Assembly (NCBI GenBank): GCA_037443545.1
Contig: JBBIOD010000007.1
Coordinates: forward strand, 5,623-62,828
DNA length: 57,206 nt
Direction: 5' to 3'
DNA from: Ignavibacteriales bacterium
Lineage (GTDB): Bacteria; Bacteroidota; Ignavibacteria; UBA10030; BY39
Part shown: piece after piece, positions 29,425-40,769 of the stretch
How positions within the stretch are numbered: position 1 is the first letter of the stretch
Layout of the letters: each line of letters begins with the position of its first letter
Program-made: the position numbers and the translations under genes
Notes under the pieces: generated by a model
Told to the model about the DNA's origin: nothing
What the model saw: only the letters and a program-made list of their open reading frames with translations
Database searches by the model: none

Positions 29425-30669
29425 TTAAGACATTTCTTCCCAGACTTGAACCAAATTGACGATAGTTTCTACTGCCTTCTTCATATCTTGTATGCTAATC
29501 CACTCCCGCTTTGAATGGAAAGAATGCCCCCCTGCAAAAAGGTTTGGTGTCGGCAATCCCATAAAGCATAAGCGTGCACCATCGGTGCCGCCACGTATAA
29601 TATTCATTTTCGGTTCAACCCCGGCACGTTTTATCGCTTCCATGGCATACTCTATTACCTGTGTATGTTTATCTATTATGTAACGCATATTTCTGTATGA
29701 TTCATCCACTTTAAATTCCATTTTTGCTTTCGGATATTTTGCCATAACATCTTCGGCAATTTTTCTGATGTAATCTTCTTTTACTTTCAATTCTTTTTCT
29801 TCGAAATCGCGTATCAGATATTTGATAACAGTTTGTTCAACTCCGCCGTTTATGATATGTGGATGTACATAACCTTCGCGTTTTTCTGTGGTCTCGGGTG
29901 ATAATTTATCTTTGGGAAGTTTCTCAATTATTTCGGCAGCAATTTTTACGCTGTTCACCATTTTATTTTTGGCATAACCGGGATGGATGTTTCTGCCCGT
30001 TATTGTTATTGTAACCGAGTCGGCACAGAAAGTTTCGTTTTCAATTTCACCGAGCTGTTCGCCATCGACTGTGTAGGCATAGTCGGCGCCAAATTTTTTT
30101 ACATCAAAGTATTTTGTTCCCGTTCCGACTTCCTCGTCGGGTGTTACACAAATTCGGATTTTACCGTGTTTAATTTCAGGATGCTTAATTAAATGGTTGA
30201 TCGCATCGAAAATCTCGGCGATGCCGGCTTTATCGTCGGCACCCAAAAGTGTACTACCATCTGTAGTAATTATGTCGTTTCCGATTTGATTTTTTAAATC
30301 AGGATTGTCTTCGACTGTAATTACGATTGATTTATCAGCCGGCAGAACAATATCGCCGCCTCGATAATTTTTATGAAGAATCGGTTTTACATTTTCACCT
30401 GTTACATCGGGTGAAGTATCCATGTGCGATATCAAACCGATGACAGGAACTTTTTTATTTGTAGTGGCTTCCAATGTGGCGGTTACATATCCGTATTCGT
30501 CCATCGCTGCATCTTTTAAACCCATTTCAATAAGTTCCTGGACCAACCTGGCGCCTAATATTTTTTGCTTCTCGGTGCTTGGGTAGGTTGTCGATTCTTC
30601 TGACGATTGAGTATCGTATTTAACATATTTTAAGAATCTCTCGACGCATGTAAATTCGATATTAGCCAT
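29425..30669 (-). CDS. pepT: Peptidase T (tripeptide aminopeptidase, M20B)
   Basis: RFLKYVKYDTQS, GLISHMDTSPD, GADDKAGIAEI and PDEEVG are canonical PepT motifs. Confidence 0.93.
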   Translation of the reverse strand: MANIEFTCVERFLKYVKYDTQSSEESTTYPSTEKQKILGARLVQELIEMGLKDAAMDEYGYVTATLEATTNKKVPVIGLISHMDTSPDVTGENVKPILHKNYRGGDIVLPADKSIVITVEDNPDLKNQIGNDIITTDGSTLLGADDKAGIAEIFDAINHLIKHPEIKHGKIRICVTPDEEVGTGTKYFDVKKFGADYAYTVDGEQLGEIENETFCADSVTITITGRNIHPGYAKNKMVNSVKIAAEIIEKLPKDKLSPETTEKREGYVHPHIINGGVEQTVIKYLIRDFEEKELKVKEDYIRKIAEDVMAKYPKAKMEFKVDESYRNMRYIIDKHTQVIEYAMEAIKRAGVEPKMNIIRGGTDGARLCFMGLPTPNLFAGGHSFHSKREWISIQDMKKAVETIVNLVQVWEEMS

Positions 30670-30739
30670 TTAAAAATCTCTCTATTATTTTGACATTAAT
30701 TCCCTATGAATATATAAAGTTTCTATCTAAATTAAAAAT

Positions 30740-31797
30740 TTATTTGATAGTGCTTTTCAATCTGATTATACTGACAGTTAATATTCCGATTCCGAAAAAA
30801 ACTAAAGCTAAGGTTTGACCCCATAATGTACCCAAATCCGACCCTTTTAAAATAATTCTCCTTATAATTTCTAAATAATACCTTAAAAGTATAAAGTATG
30901 TAATTTGTTGAATAATCCAAGGCATATTGTCGATTGGAAAAGTAAACCCCGATAAATAAACGGAAAAAAAACAAAGAATTGTGGAGTGATCATAGCTTGC
31001 TGTTGCGTTTTCGAGATCGTTGAAATAAATATTCCAAACCCAAATGTGGTGAGTACAAATAAGCCGCTTAAAATAAAAAGGAGAACAATGCATCCCTTAA
31101 TTGGTATATCGAACCAAAGCACGGCAATCGTCAGGACGAAGGTGATATTTAGAAATCCAATTATTAAATAACTAATAATTTTTCCTAAAATAAGCTGGCG
31201 TGGTTCGATGGGCGTTACAAGCAATTGTTCAAGCGTGCCGATTTCTTTTTCACGAACAATCGAAACGGATGTTAAAGTCATCGTAATGATAATCAGGGCG
31301 AGGGCGATAACATCGGGAATCATAAAATTAGCAGAGTGCAAATCGGGATTAAACCAGTTTCGTGTCTCGGCACCAACACCCGGCGCGGCATCTTTTGCGA
31401 CGATGCATAGCTTCATTAAAATATCGCGTGAATACTTTCCTATTATCTGTAAAGCATACTCAAGAGCGATATTTCACATGATCGCATCGGCGCCATCGAC
31501 TATTAAAGCTACTTCAGTTTGTTCCCCCGATATAATTTGTTTTGAAAAATCTGTTGAAATAATTATAGCGAGTGTTATCTTATTTCTGTCAAGATATTTA
31601 TCGACCTCCTTTTGATTATCAACATAATCTATTAATTCAAAATATCCGGAGTTCACAAATCGGTCTACAAATAGCCGGCTCATCTTTGATTTATCAGAAT
31701 CTAAAACCAACAAACCGATATTTCGAACATCTAACGTAGCAGCATAACCTAAAATTACAATTTGAAGAACGGGAACAATAAAAATAATCGGAAGCAT
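30740..31797 (-). pseudogene. ABC-2 type transporter permease, disrupted (in-frame TGA, -1 frameshift in a homopolymer, N-terminus missing)
   Basis: Three ORF pieces read through as one ABC-2 permease: ...LIVDGADAIM*NIALEYAL...FNPDLHSANFMIPDVIAL...VREKEIGTLEQLLVTPI...QQQAMITPQFFVFF/SVYLSGFTFPIDNMPWIIQQITY... The TGA at 31474-31476 is in frame with both flanking pieces. The second break maps to the A8 run at 30964-30971. Confidence 0.7.
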
Positions 31798-32312
31798 GTT
31801 ATAGTAAAAACCACAACGGATTCATAAAGGTATATAGCGAGGTTGGAAAAGGAAGTGCGTTTAAAGTATATATACCCGCCGCAGAAACTGAGGAGGTAAA
31901 GACATCGGTATTTGAAATTAATGAACTTTTTACCTGCAAAGGCGAACTAATTCTTGTAGTTGACGACGAAGCATCAATATGCGAAATCACAAAACAGACA
32001 TTGGAGACGTTCGGATACCGTGTGGTTACTGCCACCAATGGTACCGAAGCTTTAGCCATTTATGCTACTCAAGGTAAGGATATTGCTTTGGTTATTACAG
32101 ATATGATGATGCCGATAATGGATGGAACGCGCACGATTCGTGCCCTTCGCAATATGGACCCGTTTTTCAAGATTATCGCTTCCAGCGGCTTTACTGCCAA
32201 CGGACAAACTATGCAAGATGATAATTATCCTGCCGATGTTTTTATACAAAAACCATACACTGCAGAGAAGCTTTTGGAGGTAGTACATTCTGTTTTGCAG
32301 AAAGAATCATAA
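31788..32312 (+). pseudogene. 3' remnant of a hybrid histidine kinase (end of the HATPase G2 box plus a complete receiver domain), lacking start codon and kinase core
   Basis: The frame is open from 31788 directly after a TAA. It reads SKNHNGFIKVYSEVGKGSAFKVYIPAAE (HATPase C-terminus) and then the REC domain LILVVDDEASI...LVITDMMMPIMDG...IIASSG...FIQKPY. There is no in-frame start upstream of the REC acidic pocket. Confidence 0.65.
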
Positions 32313-32443
32313 TTCAAATAATTAGATTAAAATACTTTGCTGCTTTGCGCCTTTGCAAGAAACTTTTTGGTCAGGCTTCAGGTTTTTGAATTCTTTTTCT
32401 CAGAAAAAATATTGAATGCTATGCATGACCTTCGGCTCGTAGT

Positions 32444-34069
32444 TTAGTATTTTCCCCATTGCCCTATACTTAGAACTGTATCCTCATCGGTTTTGAACTC
32501 AGATGTAAGATGGAACTCGAGTTCTGGAAACATATCTTTAGCAGATTTAATTGACCATGTTCCTTCAGCAAGGAAAACCGGATGGTCATCTTTATCGAAT
32601 GCAATGTTGTGGTATTGGAGTGAATGAAAACGCTTAAGTTGCTCGTCATCCTTAGAAGTAAACCAGAAAGCTTTATAAACATTCATCGGCTGAAAGTCGC
32701 ACTCGGCGCTGTACTCATGCAATAACCTGAATTTTATTACTTCAAATTGCATCTCGCCGACTGTGCCAACAATTTTGATGTTACCTTGTTGGCGAAGGAA
32801 TAGTTGAGCCACACCTTCATCCGAAAGTTGTCTGATTCCTTTATCTAATTGCTTGGCTTTGAATGGATTCCTGTTGAAAAGCTGTCTGAATATCTCCGGC
32901 GAAAATCTTGGTATACCTTTGAAACTAAACTGTTCACCCTCCGTCAATGTATCGCCAATTTTGAAACTTCCCGTATCATACAATCCTACAACGTCACCGG
33001 GCCATGCTTCGTCGATGATGCTCTTTTCATTAGCCATAAAGCTGGTGGGGCTTGTAAAACGCATTTCTTTGTCGAGACGCGTGTGAGTATAAAATTTGTT
33101 CCTTTCAAACTTTCCGGAACAAACACGGCAAAATGCAATTCGATCCCGGTGGTTTGGGTCGAGGTTCGCGTGTATCTTGAAAATGAAACCGCTGAAGGCA
33201 TCCTCCGTAGGGACGACTTTCCTGATATTCGTCTCCCTCGCTTGAGGTGGTGGTGCAATTGCTACAAATGTGTCTAACAATTCTTTAACGCCAAAATTGT
33301 TTATTGCGCTGCCGAAAAATACCGGAGCAAGATAAGCATCGCGATAGTGTTCTTCGTCAAACGGCTCATACACTCCTTCGATGATTCCAACATCCTCACG
33401 AAGCACTGCGGCAGAATCACCGCCGATGTGTTTATCGAGGAGTGGACTGGCGAGATCGTCAATTGCGACGATAACATCCGATATATTAGTTTTATTGGGA
33501 GAGAAGAGTTCCAACTGCTTGTCGAATAAATTATATACGCCCTGAAAGCGAGAGCCACTGCCTATGGGCCACGTGAGAGGACGAGTATGAATGCCAAGCT
33601 CACGTTCAAGTTCGTCTAACAGATCAAACGGATCGCGCCCCTCTCTGTCTAATTTGTTGATGAACACAATCACCGGCGTACTTCGCATCCGGCAAACGTT
33701 CATTAGTTTGCGAGTCTGTTCTTCGACACCTTTTGCACAATCGACAACGAGGATAACGCTGTCAACAGCAGTGAGAGTTCTGTAAGTATCTTCTGCAAAA
33801 TCTTTATGCCCCGGTGTGTCAAGGATGTTAATCTTATAACCCTTGTATTCGAATCCCATCACAGAAGTCGCCACGGAAATTCCCCGCTGTTTTTCAATTT
33901 CCATGAAGTCGGAGGTGGCTGTTTTTCTAATCTTATTGCTTTTTACAGCGCCGGCTGTGTGGATCGCACCGCCAAACAACAGCAGTTTCTCTGTGAGTGT
34001 AGTTTTCCCGGCATCGGGGTGACTTATAATGCCAAAAGTGCGACGGCGTGCTACTTCGTTATGTTTCAT
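32444..34069 (-). CDS. prfC: Peptide chain release factor 3
   Basis: The GTPase motifs are [19 protein letters not shown] and NKLD. The overall 541-aa RF3 architecture fits. Confidence 0.95.
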   Translation of the reverse strand: MKHNEVARRRTFGIISHPDAGKTTLTEKLLLFGGAIHTAGAVKSNKIRKTATSDFMEIEKQRGISVATSVMGFEYKGYKINILDTPGHKDFAEDTYRTLTAVDSVILVVDCAKGVEEQTRKLMNVCRMRSTPVIVFINKLDREGRDPFDLLDELERELGIHTRPLTWPIGSGSRFQGVYNLFDKQLELFSPNKTNISDVIVAIDDLASPLLDKHIGGDSAAVLREDVGIIEGVYEPFDEEHYRDAYLAPVFFGSAINNFGVKELLDTFVAIAPPPQARETNIRKVVPTEDAFSGFIFKIHANLDPNHRDRIAFCRVCSGKFERNKFYTHTRLDKEMRFTSPTSFMANEKSIIDEAWPGDVVGLYDTGSFKIGDTLTEGEQFSFKGIPRFSPEIFRQLFNRNPFKAKQLDKGIRQLSDEGVAQLFLRQQGNIKIVGTVGEMQFEVIKFRLLHEYSAECDFQPMNVYKAFWFTSKDDEQLKRFHSLQYHNIAFDKDDHPVFLAEGTWSIKSAKDMFPELEFHLTSEFKTDEDTVLSIGQWGKY

Positions 34070-34115
34070 AAATGTTCGTTTAGGATAAAATTAAAAAATG
34101 GTAAATAATGAAAAG

Positions 34116-34133
34116 AAGGCATAAATATGCCTT
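34116..34133 (-). terminator. Weak hairpin / terminator candidate downstream of arsC
   Basis: AAGGCAT-AAAT-ATGCCTT forms a perfect 7-bp stem. On the minus strand it is followed by CTTTTCATTATTT. It lies 186 nt after the arsC stop, so the assignment is tentative. Confidence 0.3.
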
Positions 34134-34318
34134 ATAATCGGAGGAAACGCTATGGCGGTGTAAGTTTAATTTGTGTTAAATTGGCGTTCATTCTTGTATA
34201 AAATAAAAAATTTTTAGGAGAGAGCCAAATTAAGCATCAACCTTTAATTTTTTGATATAATGTTCAATTTGTAAAATATTTTCATAACAGGAAAGTAACT
34301 CAGTGGTAAAGCATTTTT

Positions 34319-34756
34319 TTAATTCCTTATATTATCTTGATAAAACTTGAGAAAATCTTTCATTATTTTGTCACGTACTTTTCTGAAGACGGAAACTATT
34401 TCTTCTTCTGTACCGGTTGCTTCGGCAGGATCTTCAAATCCAATATGTAATTGCCTACCAATCCTGCCAAGAAAAACCGGACAAGTTTCTTTGGCGTTAT
34501 CGCATACAGTTATTACATAATCGAATGACTCATTTAAAAATTGATTTACTGACTTCGGGTAATTTTTTGAAATATCGATCCCAACTTCTTTCATCACTTG
34601 TATTGCTTTTGGATGAACTTTCGGTGATGGATTCGTTCCCGCAGAAAAAACTTTTATATCAGGATCAAACGATTTTACGAAACCTTCCGCCATTTGACTA
34701 CGGCAGGAATTACCGGTGCAAAGAATTAAAATTCTTTTAGTTTGAGTGTTATTCAT
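34319..34756 (-). CDS. arsC: Arsenate reductase, thioredoxin-coupled LMW-PTP type
   Basis: The P-loop reads ILCTGNSCRSQMAEG, and downstream Cys residues are present (VCDNAKETCP). Confidence 0.9.
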   Translation of the reverse strand: MNNTQTKRILILCTGNSCRSQMAEGFVKSFDPDIKVFSAGTNPSPKVHPKAIQVMKEVGIDISKNYPKSVNQFLNESFDYVITVCDNAKETCPVFLGRIGRQLHIGFEDPAEATGTEEEIVSVFRKVRDKIMKDFLKFYQDNIRN

Positions 34757-34825
34757 CTCTTCAGCTATTGGTTATTATTTTTTCTCGGTTTTATTAGTAC
34801 AATTTACACAATATGTTGTGCACGA

Positions 34826-36728
<1,903 letters not shown>

Positions 36729-36742
36729 TTAACGGATAACGG

Positions 36743-37366
36743 TTATTTTATTTGGATGTTATTCTTGGATACTACCCCACCGGACAGAACTAATTTAAGT
36801 CCTTCTTCTATCGTGAGATTCAAAACTCTTACATCATTTTTGGGAACGAAAATTACTACACCGGAAGTCGGATTCGGTGGGTGTGGAATGTAAACCGAGA
36901 TGGTTTCTAAACCAATAAGATCAGTAGATTCAAATACAACTTCGTTCGTTGCAAAGCCGACCGAATAAATTCCTTCTCTCGGATATTGTACACACACAAC
37001 ATTCTTGAATGTTTTGCTTTTAGCCCCGATTGCCAATGCCGATATCAAGTCCCGAATAGCGCTGTAAATTGTTCGTGCGAGTGGGAGCGTCGATAATAAA
37101 TTATCGAAACCCTTTATGATAAATTTACCAATCAGGTTTCGCGACATTAAACCAACAATTAAAATCAATATTGTCATCGATATGAAACCGATACCCGTGA
37201 TATGATATCCAATCACTCTATCGGTAATCGGAGATATGATACCATCGATAGTTTCAAATAATGTTTTTAGGACTAAAAGCGTTATAACGATCGGTACGAT
37301 AACTGCAATACCTCGTGTAAAAGTTGTTCTCAAAAAGCTAAGCACCGACAATTTTTCGTCACTCAT
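36743..37366 (-). CDS. DUF502 domain-containing membrane protein
   Basis: Two N-terminal TM helices, and the LPLARTIYSAIRDL and YPREGIYSVGF patterns typical of DUF502. Confidence 0.65.
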   Translation of the reverse strand: MSDEKLSVLSFLRTTFTRGIAVIVPIVITLLVLKTLFETIDGIISPITDRVIGYHITGIGFISMTILILIVGLMSRNLIGKFIIKGFDNLLSTLPLARTIYSAIRDLISALAIGAKSKTFKNVVCVQYPREGIYSVGFATNEVVFESTDLIGLETISVYIPHPPNPTSGVVIFVPKNDVRVLNLTIEEGLKLVLSGGVVSKNNIQIK

Positions 37367-38142
37367 GATTTAATGCCTTCAGTTATTTCTAAAATTTTCT
37401 TTACCTTTTCAACATCCGCAGGAGTATCAACAGGAATGGTATCGTATTTTGTTAAAACTGCTTTAATTTTATATCCGTTTTCAATTATGCGAAGCTGTTC
37501 CAATTTTTCAGCCCGTTCAAGCAGCGACTCCTTCCACGATGTGAACATCAGAAGAAAATTTTTCCGGAAAACATATAAACCGACGTGCTTGTAGTAGGTA
37601 TGATTTTTAAGCCATTCGTAATGATTTTCTGTTTCCCGAAAATATGGGATCGGCGAACGCGAAAAATAAACGGCATAACCTTCTTCGTCTAAAACTACTT
37701 TAGGTATATTGGGATTTTTTATATCCACTGCGTCGGTGATAACTTTAACTAAAGTAGCCACTTCAATCGAATCGTCCTGTAAAAGTGGAAGCACAGCTTC
37801 ATCAATCATCAGCGGGGAGAGAAGCGGCTCGTCGCCCTGAACATTGATAATGATTTCGGCTTCGTCTAAATTTTTTGCGACGTAAGCTATTCGGTCGCTG
37901 CCGCTTTGTATATCTTCAGGTGTCATAACTACCTTGCCCTGAAAGCCGTTAACGGCTTTAACAATCCTGCTATCGTCGGTTGCAACTATTATTTCGTTCA
38001 CAAGTTTAGCTTTTTCAACTTGTTCATATACACGTTGAATCATAGATTTACCGAGTAGATCGACAAGCGGTTTCCCCGGCAGGCGTGTAGATGCAAATCG
38101 CGCCGGAATTATTGCACAAACTTTTTTCGATTCGAAGCTCAT
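37363..38142 (-). CDS. kdsB: 3-deoxy-manno-octulosonate cytidylyltransferase (CMP-Kdo synthetase)
   Basis: AIIPARFASTRLPGKPL, VNVQGDEPL and ENGYKI motifs. Confidence 0.93.
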   Translation of the reverse strand: MSFESKKVCAIIPARFASTRLPGKPLVDLLGKSMIQRVYEQVEKAKLVNEIIVATDDSRIVKAVNGFQGKVVMTPEDIQSGSDRIAYVAKNLDEAEIIINVQGDEPLLSPLMIDEAVLPLLQDDSIEVATLVKVITDAVDIKNPNIPKVVLDEEGYAVYFSRSPIPYFRETENHYEWLKNHTYYKHVGLYVFRKNFLLMFTSWKESLLERAEKLEQLRIIENGYKIKAVLTKYDTIPVDTPADVEKVKKILEITEGIKS

Positions 38143-38873
38143 TGTTCGATGTAATGCTTTGTGATGGTTTTATGGACTTCTTCCATTAACCTCAATTCTT
38201 CTTGTTTACCGCCATCCTTCAAAACTTCGATTGGCTTATCAATTACCAGTGTAATATCGCCCGGTACGATGCGGAATTTTTTCTTCGGTAAAATTTTAAA
38301 GCTGCCGTTAATTGTTAGAGGAATAACAGGCACGCCTGCTTTCACAGCTAAATTAAAAGCCCCCCGCTTGAAGGGTTGGAGTTTACCATCTTTGGTCCTC
38401 GTTCCTTCGGCGAAAAGCAAAACCGATGCACCGTTACGGATTTTATCGGCAGCTTCATCTAAACTGCGAACTGCTTCGGTTCCACGCTCCCTGTCGATTG
38501 CAATGTAAGTCTTCCCATATTTGAGTCCCCAACCAAAAAACGGAACTTTTTCTAATTCTTTCTTATAAACAATTCTTATTTGGTCGGGAATACCCGCGAT
38601 GACTGCGGGGATATCGAAACCGCTTGCGTGGTTGGAAACATAAATATAGCTTACTCCCTTCTGCAAATTTTCGACGCCGGTGGTTTTTACTTTTACGCCG
38701 CATATACGCAAAACAAATTTGGAATGAGTTCTTGCGACCCAGTGGAATGCATGCCCTCGCTTGTTAATCGGAATAAATAAAAGTGCGGCTATACCGCCGA
38801 GAACACTGGCGATTACCACAAGAAATATTTTAGCTAACGAAATTAACATGATAGAGGGAAAAATTTGTATCAA
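38139..38873 (-). CDS. plsC: 1-acyl-sn-glycerol-3-phosphate acyltransferase
   Basis: SNHASGFD (HxxxxD) and FAEGTRT motifs, with an N-terminal TM helix. Confidence 0.85.
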   Translation of the reverse strand: MIQIFPSIMLISLAKIFLVVIASVLGGIAALLFIPINKRGHAFHWVARTHSKFVLRICGVKVKTTGVENLQKGVSYIYVSNHASGFDIPAVIAGIPDQIRIVYKKELEKVPFFGWGLKYGKTYIAIDRERGTEAVRSLDEAADKIRNGASVLLFAEGTRTKDGKLQPFKRGAFNLAVKAGVPVIPLTINGSFKILPKKKFRIVPGDITLVIDKPIEVLKDGGKQEELRLMEEVHKTITKHYIEQ

Positions 38874-38974
38874 TTTTACGAAAATATAGTTTCAAAAGCA
38901 AAGAACTTTTGCCAATCGCCAAAAATCTGTTTATCTTTATTATGTAATAATCAACTAATTGAGGAGACAAATTT

Positions 38975-39271
38975 ATGCCGACATTCATACTCGCAACAAA
39001 GTTATCATCGGATATAACAAAAAATCCGGCTATCAGGGAAGACATAGGAAAGGAATGGAAAACGAAAATTAAGTTGAAATGCCCAAAGGTTAAATGGTTA
39101 GCTCACTATGCATTGCTTGGGCCCTATGATTTTATGGATATCTACGACGCACCCGATGAAGAGGAAGCTGCAAAAGTATCTATGATTACACTTTCGTCGG
39201 GAGCGGCAGTCGCCGAGAGCTGGACAGCTATTCCTTACAAACGGTTTTTAGAACTCGTGAAAGAAATCTGA
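38975..39271 (+). CDS. GYD domain-containing protein
   Basis: 98 aa containing LLGPYDFMDIYDAPDEEEAAKVSM, which matches the GYD family signature. Confidence 0.7.
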   Translation: MPTFILATKLSSDITKNPAIREDIGKEWKTKIKLKCPKVKWLAHYALLGPYDFMDIYDAPDEEEAAKVSMITLSSGAAVAESWTAIPYKRFLELVKEI

Positions 39272-39502
39272 TAAACCACTCCTTCTCTTCCACGTTCCTT
39301 TTTTTGAGGCTTTGGAACGTAAGCGACCGAAGCGGAATAAAACATTTTTTGAAATATATCTTCTGAAATCATTGATTTTCGGGGGTTATTGCATTATATT
39401 TTTACAGAATTTCCCGGAGCAAATGTTACTGCTTTTCTGTAAATGCGAAGCTCGTTAATGTTTCTGTTTGTGTTATTTGGTTTATATAAGAAGGAATTAA
39501 CT

Positions 39503-39814
39503 ATGAGAGAGTTTGAAAATCTTCGGCTACACCAAACTTATGAACGGTTGCTTTACGAATGGAAAGATAAAATTCATAATCTCGAGACAGTTTACAACCA
39601 TCCGAAAATTAATTTGACGCAAGCAACCCGAGCATTACTTTATTCAAAAATGGAAAACTTAAAGTCTTATTTTTATTCGGCTCGATATTATTCTGCCAGC
39701 GATGAGGATGAATCACACACGATTATGAAAACCCTATTACTCGAAATGAAAACGCTTGAAGGTGAAATAACAACAATTCTCAAAGTACCTCCAACCGGAA
39801 GTCAAACAATTTGA
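39503..39814 (+). CDS. Hypothetical helical protein (103 aa)
   Basis: The ORF starts at an ATG at 39503 preceded by AAGGAA. The ORF track begins 60 nt earlier, at 39443. I recognise no family. Confidence 0.4.
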   Translation: MREFENLRLHQTYERLLYEWKDKIHNLETVYNHPKINLTQATRALLYSKMENLKSYFYSARYYSASDEDESHTIMKTLLLEMKTLEGEITTILKVPPTGSQTI

Positions 39815-39830
39815 GAAATTTGTGCGGTGG

Positions 39831-40769
39831 TTAATTTATTCCTCTCCACCGCATCCTCAAATTATTCCAACCATTATGCACAAATTTTGCAGTCGATATA
39901 GTTAATATCATAAACACACCGCCAGCTATTAAATCGATTACATAATGATATCGGAGATATACAGTTCCAAAAATTAATAAGATTCCGATGACCCACAAGA
40001 ATAATTTCGATTTCATTTTGTAGTGTGCTGAGATATACATTAATACGAGTGTCAGTTGAGTGTGGCCGCTGGGAAAAACATCCCGCTGTACAATTTCGAT
40101 AGGATTCGGATGCCCTTTCACAATCGACCCGCCATAATTAACAAAGTCGCGGAGAAAGTTTGTAATAAATAATCCAGGCAACTCGGTGTTAGTTGCGCTG
40201 AAATCGTGCAACGTGAATCTTGGGCCGACTGCTGGCAAAAAGAAATAACCTATATACGAAAGATAAAATCCATAAACGATTAAAAACGCTGCATAATAAA
40301 ATTTGTCGAACTCCCCTTTTTTATACAACTCGTAACCAACGATGATGAACAAAAAGTAAAAACTTGAATATGCAATTTGTATGACTTCTGTTAATAGCGG
40401 ATGCGAGAACTGCCCAAGCCAAACTGTGGGATCAACGCCGAATAGCAATCTATCAACCTCAATTAATAGCATATCATAATCTTTTTCGTGTATCGGGGTG
40501 ATCATAAAATAAAGCTGTTTGAAGGTTATTAGAACCATCGGGACAATATACCAGTGTCGGATACATTTCAAGAGTTTATTTTCATGCCGCTCATCAAGGT
40601 TGGTAACCACTAAAACAAAAATTATTACAATAACATTAACAGTTATCAAAACAAGATAGTGTTCGATACTTGAGTGGTAGATAATATCGAGAGCAATCAG
40701 GAAGACTGCAAAAACTATAACAACTAAATCGACGGGCTGTAATTGAGAGAAATATTTTTTCAAATTCAT
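39831..40769 (-). CDS. PAP2-superfamily integral membrane protein (SMS/IPC-synthase-like motifs)
   Basis: At least 6 TM helices, with FPSGHTQLT and RYHYVIDLIAG motifs (the SGH and HxxxD of PAP2). Confidence 0.7.
   Translation of the reverse strand: MNLKKYFSQLQPVDLVVIVFAVFLIALDIIYHSSIEHYLVLITVNVIVIIFVLVVTNLDERHENKLLKCIRHWYIVPMVLITFKQLYFMITPIHEKDYDMLLIEVDRLLFGVDPTVWLGQFSHPLLTEVIQIAYSSFYFLFIIVGYELYKKGEFDKFYYAAFLIVYGFYLSYIGYFFLPAVGPRFTLHDFSATNTELPGLFITNFLRDFVNYGGSIVKGHPNPIEIVQRDVFPSGHTQLTLVLMYISAHYKMKSKLFLWVIGILLIFGTVYLRYHYVIDLIAGGVFMILTISTAKFVHNGWNNLRMRWRGIN

Noticed and set aside
31474-31476. The in-frame TGA in the ABC-2 permease as possible recoding (selenocysteine, or a UGA=Trp/Gly genetic code).
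   Set aside because: TGA is used as an ordinary terminator by well-supported genes in this window, for example wecB (55041-55043) and the nitroreductase-like gene (10443-10445). The same gene also carries a frameshift and lacks its N-terminus. I see no SECIS-like hairpin immediately downstream. A nonsense mutation in a pseudogene is the simpler reading.
31799-32059. An 86-aa minus-strand ORF whose C-terminus (FMNPLWFLL) resembles the N-terminal region of an ABC-2 permease. That would extend the pseudogene upstream.
   Set aside because: The same bases on the plus strand encode the much more diagnostic HATPase/REC sequence HNGFIKVYSEVGKGSAFKVYIP...LILVVDDE. The minus-strand resemblance is only about 9 residues and is probably coincidental.
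34295-34313. A tRNA D-arm-like string GTAACTCAGTGGTAAAGCA just downstream of arsC, as a possible tRNA fragment or integration-site scar.
   Set aside because: The D-stem would have two mismatches. No anticodon arm, T-arm (GTTCGAATC-type) or acceptor stem follows. The next bases are a T7 run and then the arsC 3' end. No integrase or direct repeat is nearby.
39292-39320. The hairpin ACGTTCC-N15-GGAACGT, 20 nt after the GYD gene stop, as an intrinsic terminator.
   Set aside because: The T-run lies inside the loop rather than after the stem, the loop is long at 15 nt, and neither strand has a trailing U-tract. The evidence is insufficient to annotate it.
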